NCBI GenBank assembly: GCA_963754315.1
Contig: CAVWFS010000009.1
Location: 97,168 to 161,167, forward strand
Source of the DNA: an uncultured Candidatus Rokubacteria bacterium
Lineage (GTDB): Bacteria > Methylomirabilota > Methylomirabilia > Rokubacteriales > CSP1-6
Direction: 5' to 3'
Length of the DNA stretch: 64,000 nt
This document shows, piece by piece, positions 20,510 through 29,254 of the stretch. Positions within the stretch are counted from its first letter, which is position 1. Every line of letters starts with the position of its first letter. The notes beneath the pieces were generated by a model. The model did no database searches. It saw nothing but the letters and a program-made list of their open reading frames with translations, and was not told the DNA's origin. A program made the position numbers and the translations under genes.

Positions 20510-22537
20510 GTGCTCGTCCTGGCCGTGGGCCTCGTGGTGACCGCCGACATCGGGCCCCAGCGCGGGCTGCGTCTGGCGTGGTTCGACGCACTTCAGCGTC
20601 TGTCTCCCCGGGTCCGCGCGAGCGCGCCGGTCGTCATCGTCGACATCGACGACACGAGCGTGGCGCGCCTTGGGCAGTGGCCGTGGCCCCGAAGCGTGCT
20701 CGCCCAGCTTCTTCTCAGGATCGGAGCGGGCCAGCCCGCTGCCATCGGCGTCGACATCATCATGTCGGAGCCCGACCGGATGTCGCCCGATCGCATAGCG
20801 CAGCTCGTGCCAGGGTTGAGCCCCGAGACAGTCGAGGAACTGCGCCGGCTGGCGAGCACTGATACCGGTCTCGCCGAGGCCCTGCGCCGGCTCCCGGTCG
20901 TGCTCGGGGTAGCCGGCGTCGATCACGCGCGAGCCGACGCTCGACCCCGGCGGTTCGCACCGGTTCGGATCGTGGGCGGGGACCCGCGCCCGTGGCTGCA
21001 ATTCTTCCCGGCGTCGCTTTCTAGCATCGAGCCGATTGATAGCGCGGCTTCTGGCCATGGTCTGATAAATGCCGACTCGCGATCTCCCGTCGTGCGACGG
21101 CTGCCTCTCATGGCCTCGGTGGCGGGGGCGCTCGCGCCGGGTTTCGGTGTCGAGATGCTCCGGATCGCGAGCGACCAGCAGCTCTTTACGCTCCAGGTGA
21201 GTCCCGCCGGGGTCACGGCGCTCGGGCTGGGCGATCTGGTTATCCCGAGCGCGCCGGATGGCACGGTGTGGATCTACTACGCTGCTCGGGATGCGGCCCG
21301 CTTCGTGTCGGCGGCGGATGTCCTGTCGGGCTCGGCGGGATCCATCGATTTCACGCGAAAGCTGGTGCTCGTTGGCGCGAGCGCCCTCATGGATATCCAC
21401 GTGACGCCCGTCGGGCGGATGCACGGCGTCGAGATCCACGCCGAGCTCCTCGAGGGCATCTTCGACGGAAGCCTCCTGAGGCGTCCGCGGTGGGCTTGGT
21501 GGGCGGAGCTGGCGGTCGTTGGGGCCGCGGGTCTGTTGATCGTCCTGATCCTGCCGGGACTGAGGCCGGTCACCGGTCTCGCCCTCTTCGCAGGTCTTCT
21601 GATCCTGCTAGCCGGATCGGCGTACATGCTCTTTCGCTGGTACCGGCTCTTGGTCGACCCGGTGTTGCCGACGCTGGGACTGGGCGTGGTATTCGCGGGC
21701 ATGGTGGGCGCAAGCTTGCTGGAGGCCAACAGTCAGCGCCGCCTTCTCCGGCGACAGCTGCAGCTCGAGCGGGAAGCCGCCGCGCGCGTCGCCGGCGAGC
21801 TCGAGGCGGCGCGCCGGATTCAGATGGGTATCCTCCCCGATCCCCTCACGGCGCTGGCCGGCGACGCGCGTCTGAGCGTCTTCGCCTTCCTCGAGCCCGC
21901 GCGCGTGGTGGGCGGGGATCTGTACGACTTCTTCAAGCTCGACTCCGACCGGATGCTGTTTCTCATCGGCGACGTCTCGGGTAAGGGGGTGCCCGGCAGC
22001 CTCTTCATGGCCGTCAGCAAGGCGCTCTACAAGAGCACGGCCCTGCGCGCGCACGAAGTGGGCAGCATGATGAGGGAGGCCAACCTCGAGATCTCCCGCG
22101 ACAACCCCGAGGCGATGTTCGTGACGGTCTTCGTGGGTGTCATCGACGCGCGCCAGGGGGAGCTCGAATACTGCAACGCCGGACACCACGATCCGTACTT
22201 GCTCGCCGCCGATGGCCGGCCGGCGAGCCGCCTCCGCGAGGGCGACGGACCCCCCGTCTGTGTGGCAGAGGAGTTTCCCTACATTGCGGCCCGGCAGCGC
22301 CTCGCGCCCGGCGACACGCTGTGTCTGGTGACCGACGGGGTGACCGAGGCGGTCAACGCGGCCGGGGAGTTCTACGGGGACGAGCGCCTCCGCACCTTGC
22401 TGGCCAGCCTTGGTCCCACCGCCTCGCCGGAGGAAGTCGGCCAGGCGATCCGTAACGACGTCGATCAATTCTCGGCGGGGGTGCCGGCGGCGGACGATAT
22501 CGCCATCCTGATCGTTCGTTGGAATGGAGGAGCATGA
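20510..22537 (+). CDS. CHASE2 sensor with three TM helices and SpoIIE/PP2C phosphatase
   Basis: VVIVDIDD..LGQWPWPRS, GVEIHA; VGGDLYD, IGDVSGKG, TDGVTEA, DDIAIL; frame is open back to CTG at 20477. Confidence 0.93.
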   Translation: MLVLAVGLVVTADIGPQRGLRLAWFDALQRLSPRVRASAPVVIVDIDDTSVARLGQWPWPRSVLAQLLLRIGAGQPAAIGVDIIMSEPDRMSPDRIAQLVPGLSPETVEELRRLASTDTGLAEALRRLPVVLGVAGVDHARADARPRRFAPVRIVGGDPRPWLQFFPASLSSIEPIDSAASGHGLINADSRSPVVRRLPLMASVAGALAPGFGVEMLRIASDQQLFTLQVSPAGVTALGLGDLVIPSAPDGTVWIYYAARDAARFVSAADVLSGSAGSIDFTRKLVLVGASALMDIHVTPVGRMHGVEIHAELLEGIFDGSLLRRPRWAWWAELAVVGAAGLLIVLILPGLRPVTGLALFAGLLILLAGSAYMLFRWYRLLVDPVLPTLGLGVVFAGMVGASLLEANSQRRLLRRQLQLEREAAARVAGELEAARRIQMGILPDPLTALAGDARLSVFAFLEPARVVGGDLYDFFKLDSDRMLFLIGDVSGKGVPGSLFMAVSKALYKSTALRAHEVGSMMREANLEISRDNPEAMFVTVFVGVIDARQGELEYCNAGHHDPYLLAADGRPASRLREGDGPPVCVAEEFPYIAARQRLAPGDTLCLVTDGVTEAVNAAGEFYGDERLRTLLASLGPTASPEEVGQAIRNDVDQFSAGVPAADDIAILIVRWNGGA

Positions 22538-22575
22538 ACAGGGAGGCCCCGACACTGGCGCTCCTCGACCATGCG

Positions 22576-23235
22576 CTAGCGGATGCTGATCTCCACCCGG
22601 CGATTCCGCGGCTCGGGCATCTCGTCGGGGGTCGCGATCAGCGGCTCCCGCTCGCCCCGCCCCTCGATCACGATGCGATCGGCGGGGACGCCGGCCTTGA
22701 CGAGCTCGTCGCGCGCCCGCTCCGCGCGCCGAAGCGACAGCGCGTCGTTGAACTGGACGGTCCCGACCCGGTCGGTGTGGCCGATGACGATCACCTCGGG
22801 GGCGGGTCGCCGCGCAATCTCGGCCAGGACGCTCTGGATGAGCTGCTTCGAGTCGGGAGTGAACTCGTCGCGGCCTTCCAGAAAATACAAGGTGAGCGAC
22901 ATGGGGCGCGGCGGCTGAGCGGCGAGCGCAGGACCGAAAGCCTGGCGGACTTCCTCCGGGGTGACCGTTCGCTTCTCGACCCGACCCGGCTCCCTGATAT
23001 GGGTGGCGGTGTGCGGTGTGTCGAGCACGTGCGCCTGTTCGCCATGCGTCACCGAAAGCGCTCCCGTCTTGCCTGCTGGGTCCGGCAGGAGAACGTAGAG
23101 GTCATCGCGCGAGGGTGGCTTCGCCTTAGCCTCGAGCGGCGGGGGATAAGCGACCTTCTGGACTCGCGGCGCCCGTGCGCACGCTCCCGACACCAGCAGC
23201 ACGGCGACCACGGTGACGCCGGCTACCGCCCGCAT
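22576..23235 (-). CDS. OmpA-family lipoprotein
   Basis: Lipobox-like VSGAC; IGHTDRVG..NDALSLRRA..GRGE..NRRVEI. Confidence 0.9.
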   Translation of the reverse strand: MRAVAGVTVVAVLLVSGACARAPRVQKVAYPPPLEAKAKPPSRDDLYVLLPDPAGKTGALSVTHGEQAHVLDTPHTATHIREPGRVEKRTVTPEEVRQAFGPALAAQPPRPMSLTLYFLEGRDEFTPDSKQLIQSVLAEIARRPAPEVIVIGHTDRVGTVQFNDALSLRRAERARDELVKAGVPADRIVIEGRGEREPLIATPDEMPEPRNRRVEISIR

Positions 23236-23243
23236 GAAGAGGG

Positions 23244-23699
23244 TCAGTTCGCGGCGCCCGCGGTCCGCACCACGAACTCAGTTCCGCGCACGCCGAGGAT
23301 CGCCGCGGGGGTTCTGAGCTTCATGGCGTCGGGTGTTTGCTTGGCGATTTTCCCGGAAACGGCGGACAGGGTGCCCTGTCGGAGCGAGCTCTCGAACGCC
23401 CCTTGGTGGCTGGTGGGATCGAACACGAAGCGGTCGATGGCCAGGACCGTATCCGGGCCCAGGGAGAGCAGGCTGTTGTCGCGGAAGGTGATCCCGAGCG
23501 ACGCGCCCGACCCGGTCACGAGCACGTCCCCCTCCCGTACCCGGGTACCGACCTGTACGGGCACCGTCTGTCCCGCGCGCTCGATGTGGGTGGCCCCGCT
23601 GGTCACCTTCACCTGTCCGATGTCCTGGGCCAGGGCAGGGCTGGCGATCAGGCTGAGCACGAGAGTCACGAATCCAATCGAGCAATGCACGCGCGTCAT
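23244..23699 (-). CDS. FecR-domain periplasmic protein
   Basis: Signal peptide; GDVLVTG..ITFRDNSLLSLGPDT..TPAAILGVRGTEF. Confidence 0.88.
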   Translation of the reverse strand: MTRVHCSIGFVTLVLSLIASPALAQDIGQVKVTSGATHIERAGQTVPVQVGTRVREGDVLVTGSGASLGITFRDNSLLSLGPDTVLAIDRFVFDPTSHQGAFESSLRQGTLSAVSGKIAKQTPDAMKLRTPAAILGVRGTEFVVRTAGAAN

Positions 23700-23791
23700 G
23701 GGTCTCTCCTTCAGGAGCCGGGCACCGTCGAGGGGGTCGCTGAAGCTCCTCGTCGAGGTTGTGACCTCGCTGAAGGGCATGATAGCGTACA

Positions 23792-24250
23792 TTGTTGGAT
23801 CCCCAGACAACTCGATCCTTTCCCGCCCGACTGGAGCTTCTGCCGAACGTCACCGCCTACCTCGAGGAGACCTGCACGGCGGCAGGCCTCGTCAGGGACG
23901 ATTGTCTTCGGCTCACCCTGCTCGTCGAGGAGCTCTTCACCAACACGGTCGTGCACGGGCACGGAGGAGACACCGACGCGCCGGTGAGTCTCTCCGTCGA
24001 GGTGGGTGCCGGAGAGGTCGCGCTGACCTATGAGGACTCGGCGCCGTCGCGCGACCCGTTTGCCACGCTACCGCGGGCCCACGAGTCGTCCAGCGTGGAG
24101 GACCGACCTGTCGGAGGGCTCGGCCTCTCGCTCATTGCCGGCATCGTCGAGCGTCTCGAATACAGCCACGTCGGCGGGCGCAACCGCTTGCACCTGGTCG
24201 TACGCCGGCCCCCGGCGGCCGGTGCCAGTCCGCGGCCGAGGGAAACCTGA
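23792..24250 (+). CDS. RsbW-like anti-sigma factor Ser kinase (HATPase_c_2)
   Basis: EELFTNTVVHG N-box; RPVGGLGLSLI G-box. Confidence 0.88.
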   Translation: MLDPQTTRSFPARLELLPNVTAYLEETCTAAGLVRDDCLRLTLLVEELFTNTVVHGHGGDTDAPVSLSVEVGAGEVALTYEDSAPSRDPFATLPRAHESSSVEDRPVGGLGLSLIAGIVERLEYSHVGGRNRLHLVVRRPPAAGASPRPRET

Positions 24251-24302
24251 CCAGGAACCGGCCCGGTCCGACACCGCCGCTTTCGCGCGCTCGCTGCTTC
24301 TC

Positions 24303-24311
24303 TGGTATCAT
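24303..24311 (+). promoter_or_regulatory. extended -10 promoter for the three-gene cassette, near-leaderless
   Basis: TGG-TATCAT ending 9 nt before ATG 24321; no SD present. Confidence 0.5.
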
Positions 24312-24320
24312 CACGTTCAC

Positions 24321-24539
24321 ATGCTGCCACGGTTGGCCGATCTCGTGGGCCGAGCCATGATCGACGCGGACTTCCTGGACCAGCTCCGGCAAAGCCCGGA
24401 GACGGTTCTGGCAGGCTACGAGTTGAGCGCGGAGGAAAGGGTGCTGGTCACCAAGGCACTGGCGCACTTGACCCATGCCACCACACCGCAGCAAATCGAC
24501 GAACTGAAGATCGATCTTCTCCGCCGCGTCGCCACCTAG
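24321..24539 (+). CDS. NHLP-clan (Os1348/Franean1_4349-like) small protein
   Basis: LADLVGRAMIDADFLDQLRQSPETVLAGYELSAEE fits the nitrile-hydratase-leader pattern (lvgRA..D.dF...L...P...L..y.Lt.eE). Confidence 0.75.
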   Translation: MLPRLADLVGRAMIDADFLDQLRQSPETVLAGYELSAEERVLVTKALAHLTHATTPQQIDELKIDLLRRVAT

Positions 24540-24553
24540 CGCCGAGCCGTTCG

Positions 24554-25054
24554 ATGGCCAAACCCGCAGAGACCGTGGCCCTACTGCGGCAGGTGCGGGT
24601 GTTCCGACGAATCGCGCCCCAGGATTTGGAGGCCCTGGCGGCGACGTTGCGAGAGACAAGCCTCCGCAAGGGTCAGGTCCTTTTCCGGGAGGGGGACCCT
24701 GGCGACACCATGTACCTGGTCCAGCGGGGCACCTTGATCATCTCGAAGGCTGTCACCGGCAAGGTCGATCAAGTCCTCGCTCGCTTCGGTACCGGTGAAT
24801 TCTTTGGCGAAATGGCCCTCTTCGACCGCGCCCCGCGCTCGGCGACCGTGCAGGCGGACACGGATGCCACCCTGCTCGCCCTGGACCGCCAGCATCTCGA
24901 ACACCTGATCGAGGTCAACCCGCGGGCGGCCGTCGAGTTCTTCGAGGCTCTGGTCCACGTCTTCATCGACCGTTTGCGGGCCACCGGCGAACTGGTGGCG
25001 GAGGTCACTCGGTGGGGGCTCGAGGCGACGGGGCTGGACATCGAGGCCCGGTGA
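24554..25054 (+). CDS. stand-alone cyclic nucleotide-binding domain protein
   Basis: LFREGDPGDTMYLV..GEFFGEMALFDRAPRSATV; no Crp HTH. Confidence 0.92.
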   Translation: MAKPAETVALLRQVRVFRRIAPQDLEALAATLRETSLRKGQVLFREGDPGDTMYLVQRGTLIISKAVTGKVDQVLARFGTGEFFGEMALFDRAPRSATVQADTDATLLALDRQHLEHLIEVNPRAAVEFFEALVHVFIDRLRATGELVAEVTRWGLEATGLDIEAR

Positions 25055-25073
25055 TCGCCGTGATCGTGCCGCC

Positions 25074-26303
25074 GTGAGCCAGTTACCGGCCGCTCCCCGC
25101 CGGGCTCGGATCGAGCTCCTGGTCCGCCACGGGGAGGACGCAGGGTTCGATCTCCGCGAGGTAGGCAGCGGCCCCGCGTTCCTTCAGCTCCGGCCCCGTC
25201 GGGTCGAGGCCGACTCCTTCGAGCTCGTGGAAGTGCCCTCCCGGCTGGGCGAGGGAGGGAGCTTCGTCCTGAAGAATACGAAAACGGACCGCTTCATCCT
25301 GCTCACAGCCCAGGAGCGCTTCCTGTGGGACCGCATGGACGGCTCGGTCAAGCTGCAGGACATGGCCACAGCCTACGTGCTCACGTTCGGCGCCTTCGAC
25401 TTCGATCTCATTCCTCGCCTGATCCGCAAGCTTCAGGCGGCCCAGCTGCTCCAGATACACTCGGTCTCGCGTCTGCGCCGCGCGCTCGAGCGCAACCGGG
25501 ACCGCCGGGCGGCCCAGGTGGTGTACACGGCCATCACCGGCCTCGAGCGCATCAACATCTCGAGCCGCAACGTCCAGCCGTTCTTCAAGGCCCTCTACCG
25601 GTGGGGTGGCTTCCTGCTCTTCACGCCATGGGCCCTCCTGGCCCTGCTCGCGCTCACGGCGGCCGGGGTGGGCGCCAGCGTGATCATGTGGCGCAACGCG
25701 GAGCAGGTGGCGCATGGATTCGGCGAGCACTGGCTGCTCGCGCTCCTCTGCGTGAAGCTTCTCCTGCTGGCCACCATCGGCATTCACCAGCTCGTGCACG
25801 GTCTGGCGTGCGTGCACTACGGTCGCCGGGTGCGGGAGTTCGGCTTCACCTTCCTGCACGGCGTCGTGCCCACCTTCTACGTCGACGTCACCGACATGTT
25901 CATGACGACCCGACACGCTCGTCTGGTCACGGCCGTCTCGGGCACGTTGGTTCACCTCGCGCTCGGTTCACTATGGTTCGTCCTCGCCGCCTACCTGCCG
26001 CCCGGCTTCTGGCAGGCCTTCGCAGCAGCGTCTGGAATCATCCAGTGGCAGACCTTCGTGATCGCCCTCTATCCCTTCTGCTTCATCGAGATGGACGGCT
26101 ACCACGTGCTTGTGGACATGCTCGGCGTGCCCACGCTCAAATCGCAGGCCCTCACGTATGTGGGGTCTATCTTCCGCGGACGCGCCCAGTGGCCACTGGG
26201 ACGGCAGCAGGCGCTCTACCTCGCCTACGTGGCGCTGTCCGCCGTCTCCGTGGGCGCGTTCGTGGCCTTCAACGTCAAGCTGATCCTGCATGCGATGTCC
26301 TAA
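25074..26303 (+). CDS. PqqD/RRE domain fused to an M50 (site-2 protease)-like membrane domain
   Basis: FVLKNTKTDRFILL...FLWDRMDG...LIRKLQAAQLL (RRE-like); HQLVHGLAC..YGRRVREFG, FYVDVTD, YPF..EMDGYHVL. Confidence 0.8.
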   Translation: MSQLPAAPRRARIELLVRHGEDAGFDLREVGSGPAFLQLRPRRVEADSFELVEVPSRLGEGGSFVLKNTKTDRFILLTAQERFLWDRMDGSVKLQDMATAYVLTFGAFDFDLIPRLIRKLQAAQLLQIHSVSRLRRALERNRDRRAAQVVYTAITGLERINISSRNVQPFFKALYRWGGFLLFTPWALLALLALTAAGVGASVIMWRNAEQVAHGFGEHWLLALLCVKLLLLATIGIHQLVHGLACVHYGRRVREFGFTFLHGVVPTFYVDVTDMFMTTRHARLVTAVSGTLVHLALGSLWFVLAAYLPPGFWQAFAAASGIIQWQTFVIALYPFCFIEMDGYHVLVDMLGVPTLKSQALTYVGSIFRGRAQWPLGRQQALYLAYVALSAVSVGAFVAFNVKLILHAMS

Positions 26304-26523
26304 TGGGGGGCCTCGAAAGGGCCCCCCAAGCCCCCCAGCGCTCGGGGACGCCCCGGCACAGCCGTGGCGCCCCTCGGTCCTACGCTCGGTTTGGGGCCTC
26401 GAAAGGGCGATTTCCTAGTGGGGGGCCTCGAAAGGGCCCCCAGCCCCCCAGCGCTCGGGACGCCCCGGCAAAGCCGTGGCGCCCCTCGGTCATACGCTCG
26501 GTTTTGGGGCCTCGAAAGGGCCC
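26304..26523 (+). repeat. two tandem ~115 bp REP-like palindromic elements
   Basis: GGGGGGCCTCGAAAGGGCCCCCC hairpin unit with CCTCGAAAGGG at 26311 and 26426; partial copies at 26397 and 26510. Confidence 0.85.
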
Positions 26524-26547
26524 GCATCCGCTCGGCACACTCCTCGA

Positions 26548-27762
26548 CTACGCGGGTGCGGGCACGCTCAGCGCCCTGACGGCGCCGGCGATGGCTCGGG
26601 CGATCTGGGTGTCGGGCAGGGGGACGTCCGCTTCGAGGATCCTCCTTGCGTCGCACTCTGGCAACGCGGCGAGCCGGCGCTGGGCGCGCCGGCGGAGGAT
26701 GTCACCGATCAGGTGGGCGAGTTCGGCGAGAATCGCGACGGCGGCGCCCGCGCGTTCCTCGTGCGAGGCCGCGGCCTGCCGTGAGCGCACCGCCGGTAGG
26801 AGGCGATTCGAAACGCATAACCGGTCGTTGTCGAGGGAGACCAGATCCCGCGCAAGCGGAGCCCACTGGAGCTTCAGTCCTGCGGCTTCCTCCATGATAA
26901 GGGGACCGAGCACCGGGAGACTCCGTGCTGCCACCACGGCGGCCAGGCCCGTGAGGAGGCCAGGAGGAGCGGGAAGCATTTGCATCGAGGGCGGCTCCAC
27001 CGGGAGCACGACGGGATCGTCGTGCGCGTCGATGCGCAGGTGATCCTCGACGGGATCCTCGAACGCCCACAGCGAGCAGATGACACTCTGGCCGCTGTCG
27101 CGGAGACGACCTGCCGTGTGCCGGCGCACGCCCTGCCAGTCCGCACGGTAATAGGAGCGTCCCTCCCACGTGACTTTCTCGATTCTTTCGCGGCGCTGGA
27201 TCCAGACTCCGGCCGCAGTCAACTCGCGCTCGCAGGGCGCGGGTCTCCACATCAGACCTGCTGCCCTGAAGGCCTGGAGGGGGTCGCTGCCGCCCCCTTC
27301 GTAATGGAAAGACTCGAGCAGCGCGAGGAAGAGCTCCTCGCTCGGGTAGGGGCCCTGGTATGCAACCGGCCCGCATCGCTGATCGGTCGCCAGCCCTGCC
27401 AGGAGGTTGAGGACGGCCGTACCCACTCCGGGGGGAAGCCGCGACGGCTCCGCGAGGGGAGGAATGGAGGCAATCCGCGCGTAGTCGGTGGCTCTGAAGA
27501 CGGTGAGGGGGGTCCCGTGGTGCCAAAGGCGGTCCGAGAGCCCCCAGGGGGCATCAGAGGTCGCGCGCGGTTCGATGGTGATCCAGGAGCCATCCCCGAT
27601 CCGCACCGAGGCGCTCACCAACGTGTCGTCGCGCCAGGCGAAGCGGGCGAGGTCGTGGCCGTGTCGATCACGTTCGAGTAGGCGCCGGCCGGACGCCGTG
27701 TAGGTGACCGCCGTTCCGTGCGGTAGCCCGACGATTGTTCCCGGCGAGTCGGCCGTCTCCAC
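26548..27762 (-). CDS. hypothetical protein
   Basis: Long ORF with protein-like motifs (AVLNLLA, YQGPYPSEELFLALLESF); start approximate. Confidence 0.7.
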   Translation of the reverse strand: METADSPGTIVGLPHGTAVTYTASGRRLLERDRHGHDLARFAWRDDTLVSASVRIGDGSWITIEPRATSDAPWGLSDRLWHHGTPLTVFRATDYARIASIPPLAEPSRLPPGVGTAVLNLLAGLATDQRCGPVAYQGPYPSEELFLALLESFHYEGGGSDPLQAFRAAGLMWRPAPCERELTAAGVWIQRRERIEKVTWEGRSYYRADWQGVRRHTAGRLRDSGQSVICSLWAFEDPVEDHLRIDAHDDPVVLPVEPPSMQMLPAPPGLLTGLAAVVAARSLPVLGPLIMEEAAGLKLQWAPLARDLVSLDNDRLCVSNRLLPAVRSRQAAASHEERAGAAVAILAELAHLIGDILRRRAQRRLAALPECDARRILEADVPLPDTQIARAIAGAVRALSVPAPA

Positions 27763-27819
27763 CGCCTCGATGATACAATGCGCCGGACTCATGGGACCGG
27801 TTCGTCCGCGAAGACGCGC

Positions 27820-29229
27820 ATGATTACCGACGACACGCTCTGGTGCTCCGCGCTGGAGCTGGCCGCGCTGATCCGGACCAAACAGGTGTCGCCCGTCGAG
27901 ATTACCGAACGCGTGCTCGAGCGCATCGGACTGCTCAACCCGCGCCTCAACGCTTTTTGCCATGTAGCCGCGGACACGGCCCGTGACGCTGCCCGGGAGG
28001 CCGAGATCGCCGTGCTCAAGGGCGAACCGCTCGGGCCCCTGCACGGCGTACCGTTCTCCGTGAAGGACGTGCTCGACACGCGCGGGATCGCAACGACCTA
28101 CGGCTCGCGCCTCTTTGCGGACAGTGTTCCCGAGCACGATTCGGTGGCGGTGGCGCGGCTGCGGGCCGGCCGCGCCGTCATCCTCGGCAAGACCACGACC
28201 TCGGAGTTCGGGCACAAGGCCATCACGGAGAGCCCGCTCTTCGGGGTGACCCGCAATCCGTGGAACCTCGACTGCACCCCCGGAGGATCATCCGGAGGCG
28301 CAGCGGCGGCGGTGGCAAGCGGTCTCGGCCCCATCGCCCTCGGCACCGACGGTGGTGGCTCCGTTCGCATCCCGGCCGCGTTCTGCGCGGTGTTCGGGTT
28401 CAAGCCCTCGTTTGGGCGTGTCCCCACCCATCCAGGGTCGCTCGGCTGGAGCCACGTCGATCACGTGGGCCCGCTGACCCGCACCGTGCGCGACGCGGCG
28501 GCCGTGCTCGACGTCATCGCCGGTGACGACGATCGCGATCGTCTGTCTCTGCCCACCGACTCCGCGTCCTACCTGGAGGCATGTGACGACGGCATCAAGG
28601 GGTTGCACGTCGCCTGGAGTCCGGATCTCGGATACGCCACCGTGTCCCCGGACGTGCGCTCGCTCTGCGAGAACGCCGCGGCCGAGTTCGAGGGGCTCGG
28701 CTGCCACGTCGAGGTGGTGAGCCCGGGCTGGGAGAATCCGGAGGGGCCCTTCGGCACCTTGGTCGCCGCGCAATTCTATGCTGCCTGGTCGGATCGGCTG
28801 CCGGCCGCGGAGTCCCTCATGGACGCCACCTTGGTGAAGTTCATCCGGCGTGGAGGTGGGATCAGCGCGCGTGAGTACCTGCTGGCGTGCGCCGCGGCCG
28901 AGGCGTACTGGCAAGAAGTGCGGACGTTCCTCGAGCGCTTCGATCTGCTCCTCACGCCCACGGTGGCGGTAGCCGCCTTCGGCGCCGGGCAGTCACCGCC
29001 GCGCGAGATTGAGGGAGAGGCTGTGTCCGTTCTCGGGTGGATGCCCTTCACGTATCCGTTCAACCTCACCGGCCAGCCGGCAGCCAGCGTGCCTGTCGGG
29101 TTCACGGACTCGGGGCTGCCGGTCGGGTTGCAGATCGTGGGACGACGTCACGCCGACCGCACCGTCCTCGCTGCGGCACGGGCCTACGAGACGGCGTGCC
29201 CTTGGATCGATCGTTGTCCTCCGCTCTGA
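27820..29229 (+). CDS. amidase (GatA-like AS family)
   Basis: GPLHGVPFSVKD, PGGSSGG, GTDGGGSVRIPA. Confidence 0.92.
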   Translation: MITDDTLWCSALELAALIRTKQVSPVEITERVLERIGLLNPRLNAFCHVAADTARDAAREAEIAVLKGEPLGPLHGVPFSVKDVLDTRGIATTYGSRLFADSVPEHDSVAVARLRAGRAVILGKTTTSEFGHKAITESPLFGVTRNPWNLDCTPGGSSGGAAAAVASGLGPIALGTDGGGSVRIPAAFCAVFGFKPSFGRVPTHPGSLGWSHVDHVGPLTRTVRDAAAVLDVIAGDDDRDRLSLPTDSASYLEACDDGIKGLHVAWSPDLGYATVSPDVRSLCENAAAEFEGLGCHVEVVSPGWENPEGPFGTLVAAQFYAAWSDRLPAAESLMDATLVKFIRRGGGISAREYLLACAAAEAYWQEVRTFLERFDLLLTPTVAVAAFGAGQSPPREIEGEAVSVLGWMPFTYPFNLTGQPAASVPVGFTDSGLPVGLQIVGRRHADRTVLAAARAYETACPWIDRCPPL

Positions 29230-29254
29230 TTCGTTCCCGGGAGGCGCCGCAGTT

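Noticed and set aside
24321..26303. Conventional RiPP biosynthetic cluster
   Set aside because: No modifying enzyme or exporter nearby, no clear core peptide, and the protease motif is degenerate
27820..29229. gatA
   Set aside because: No gatB/gatC neighbours; looks like a generic AS-family amidase
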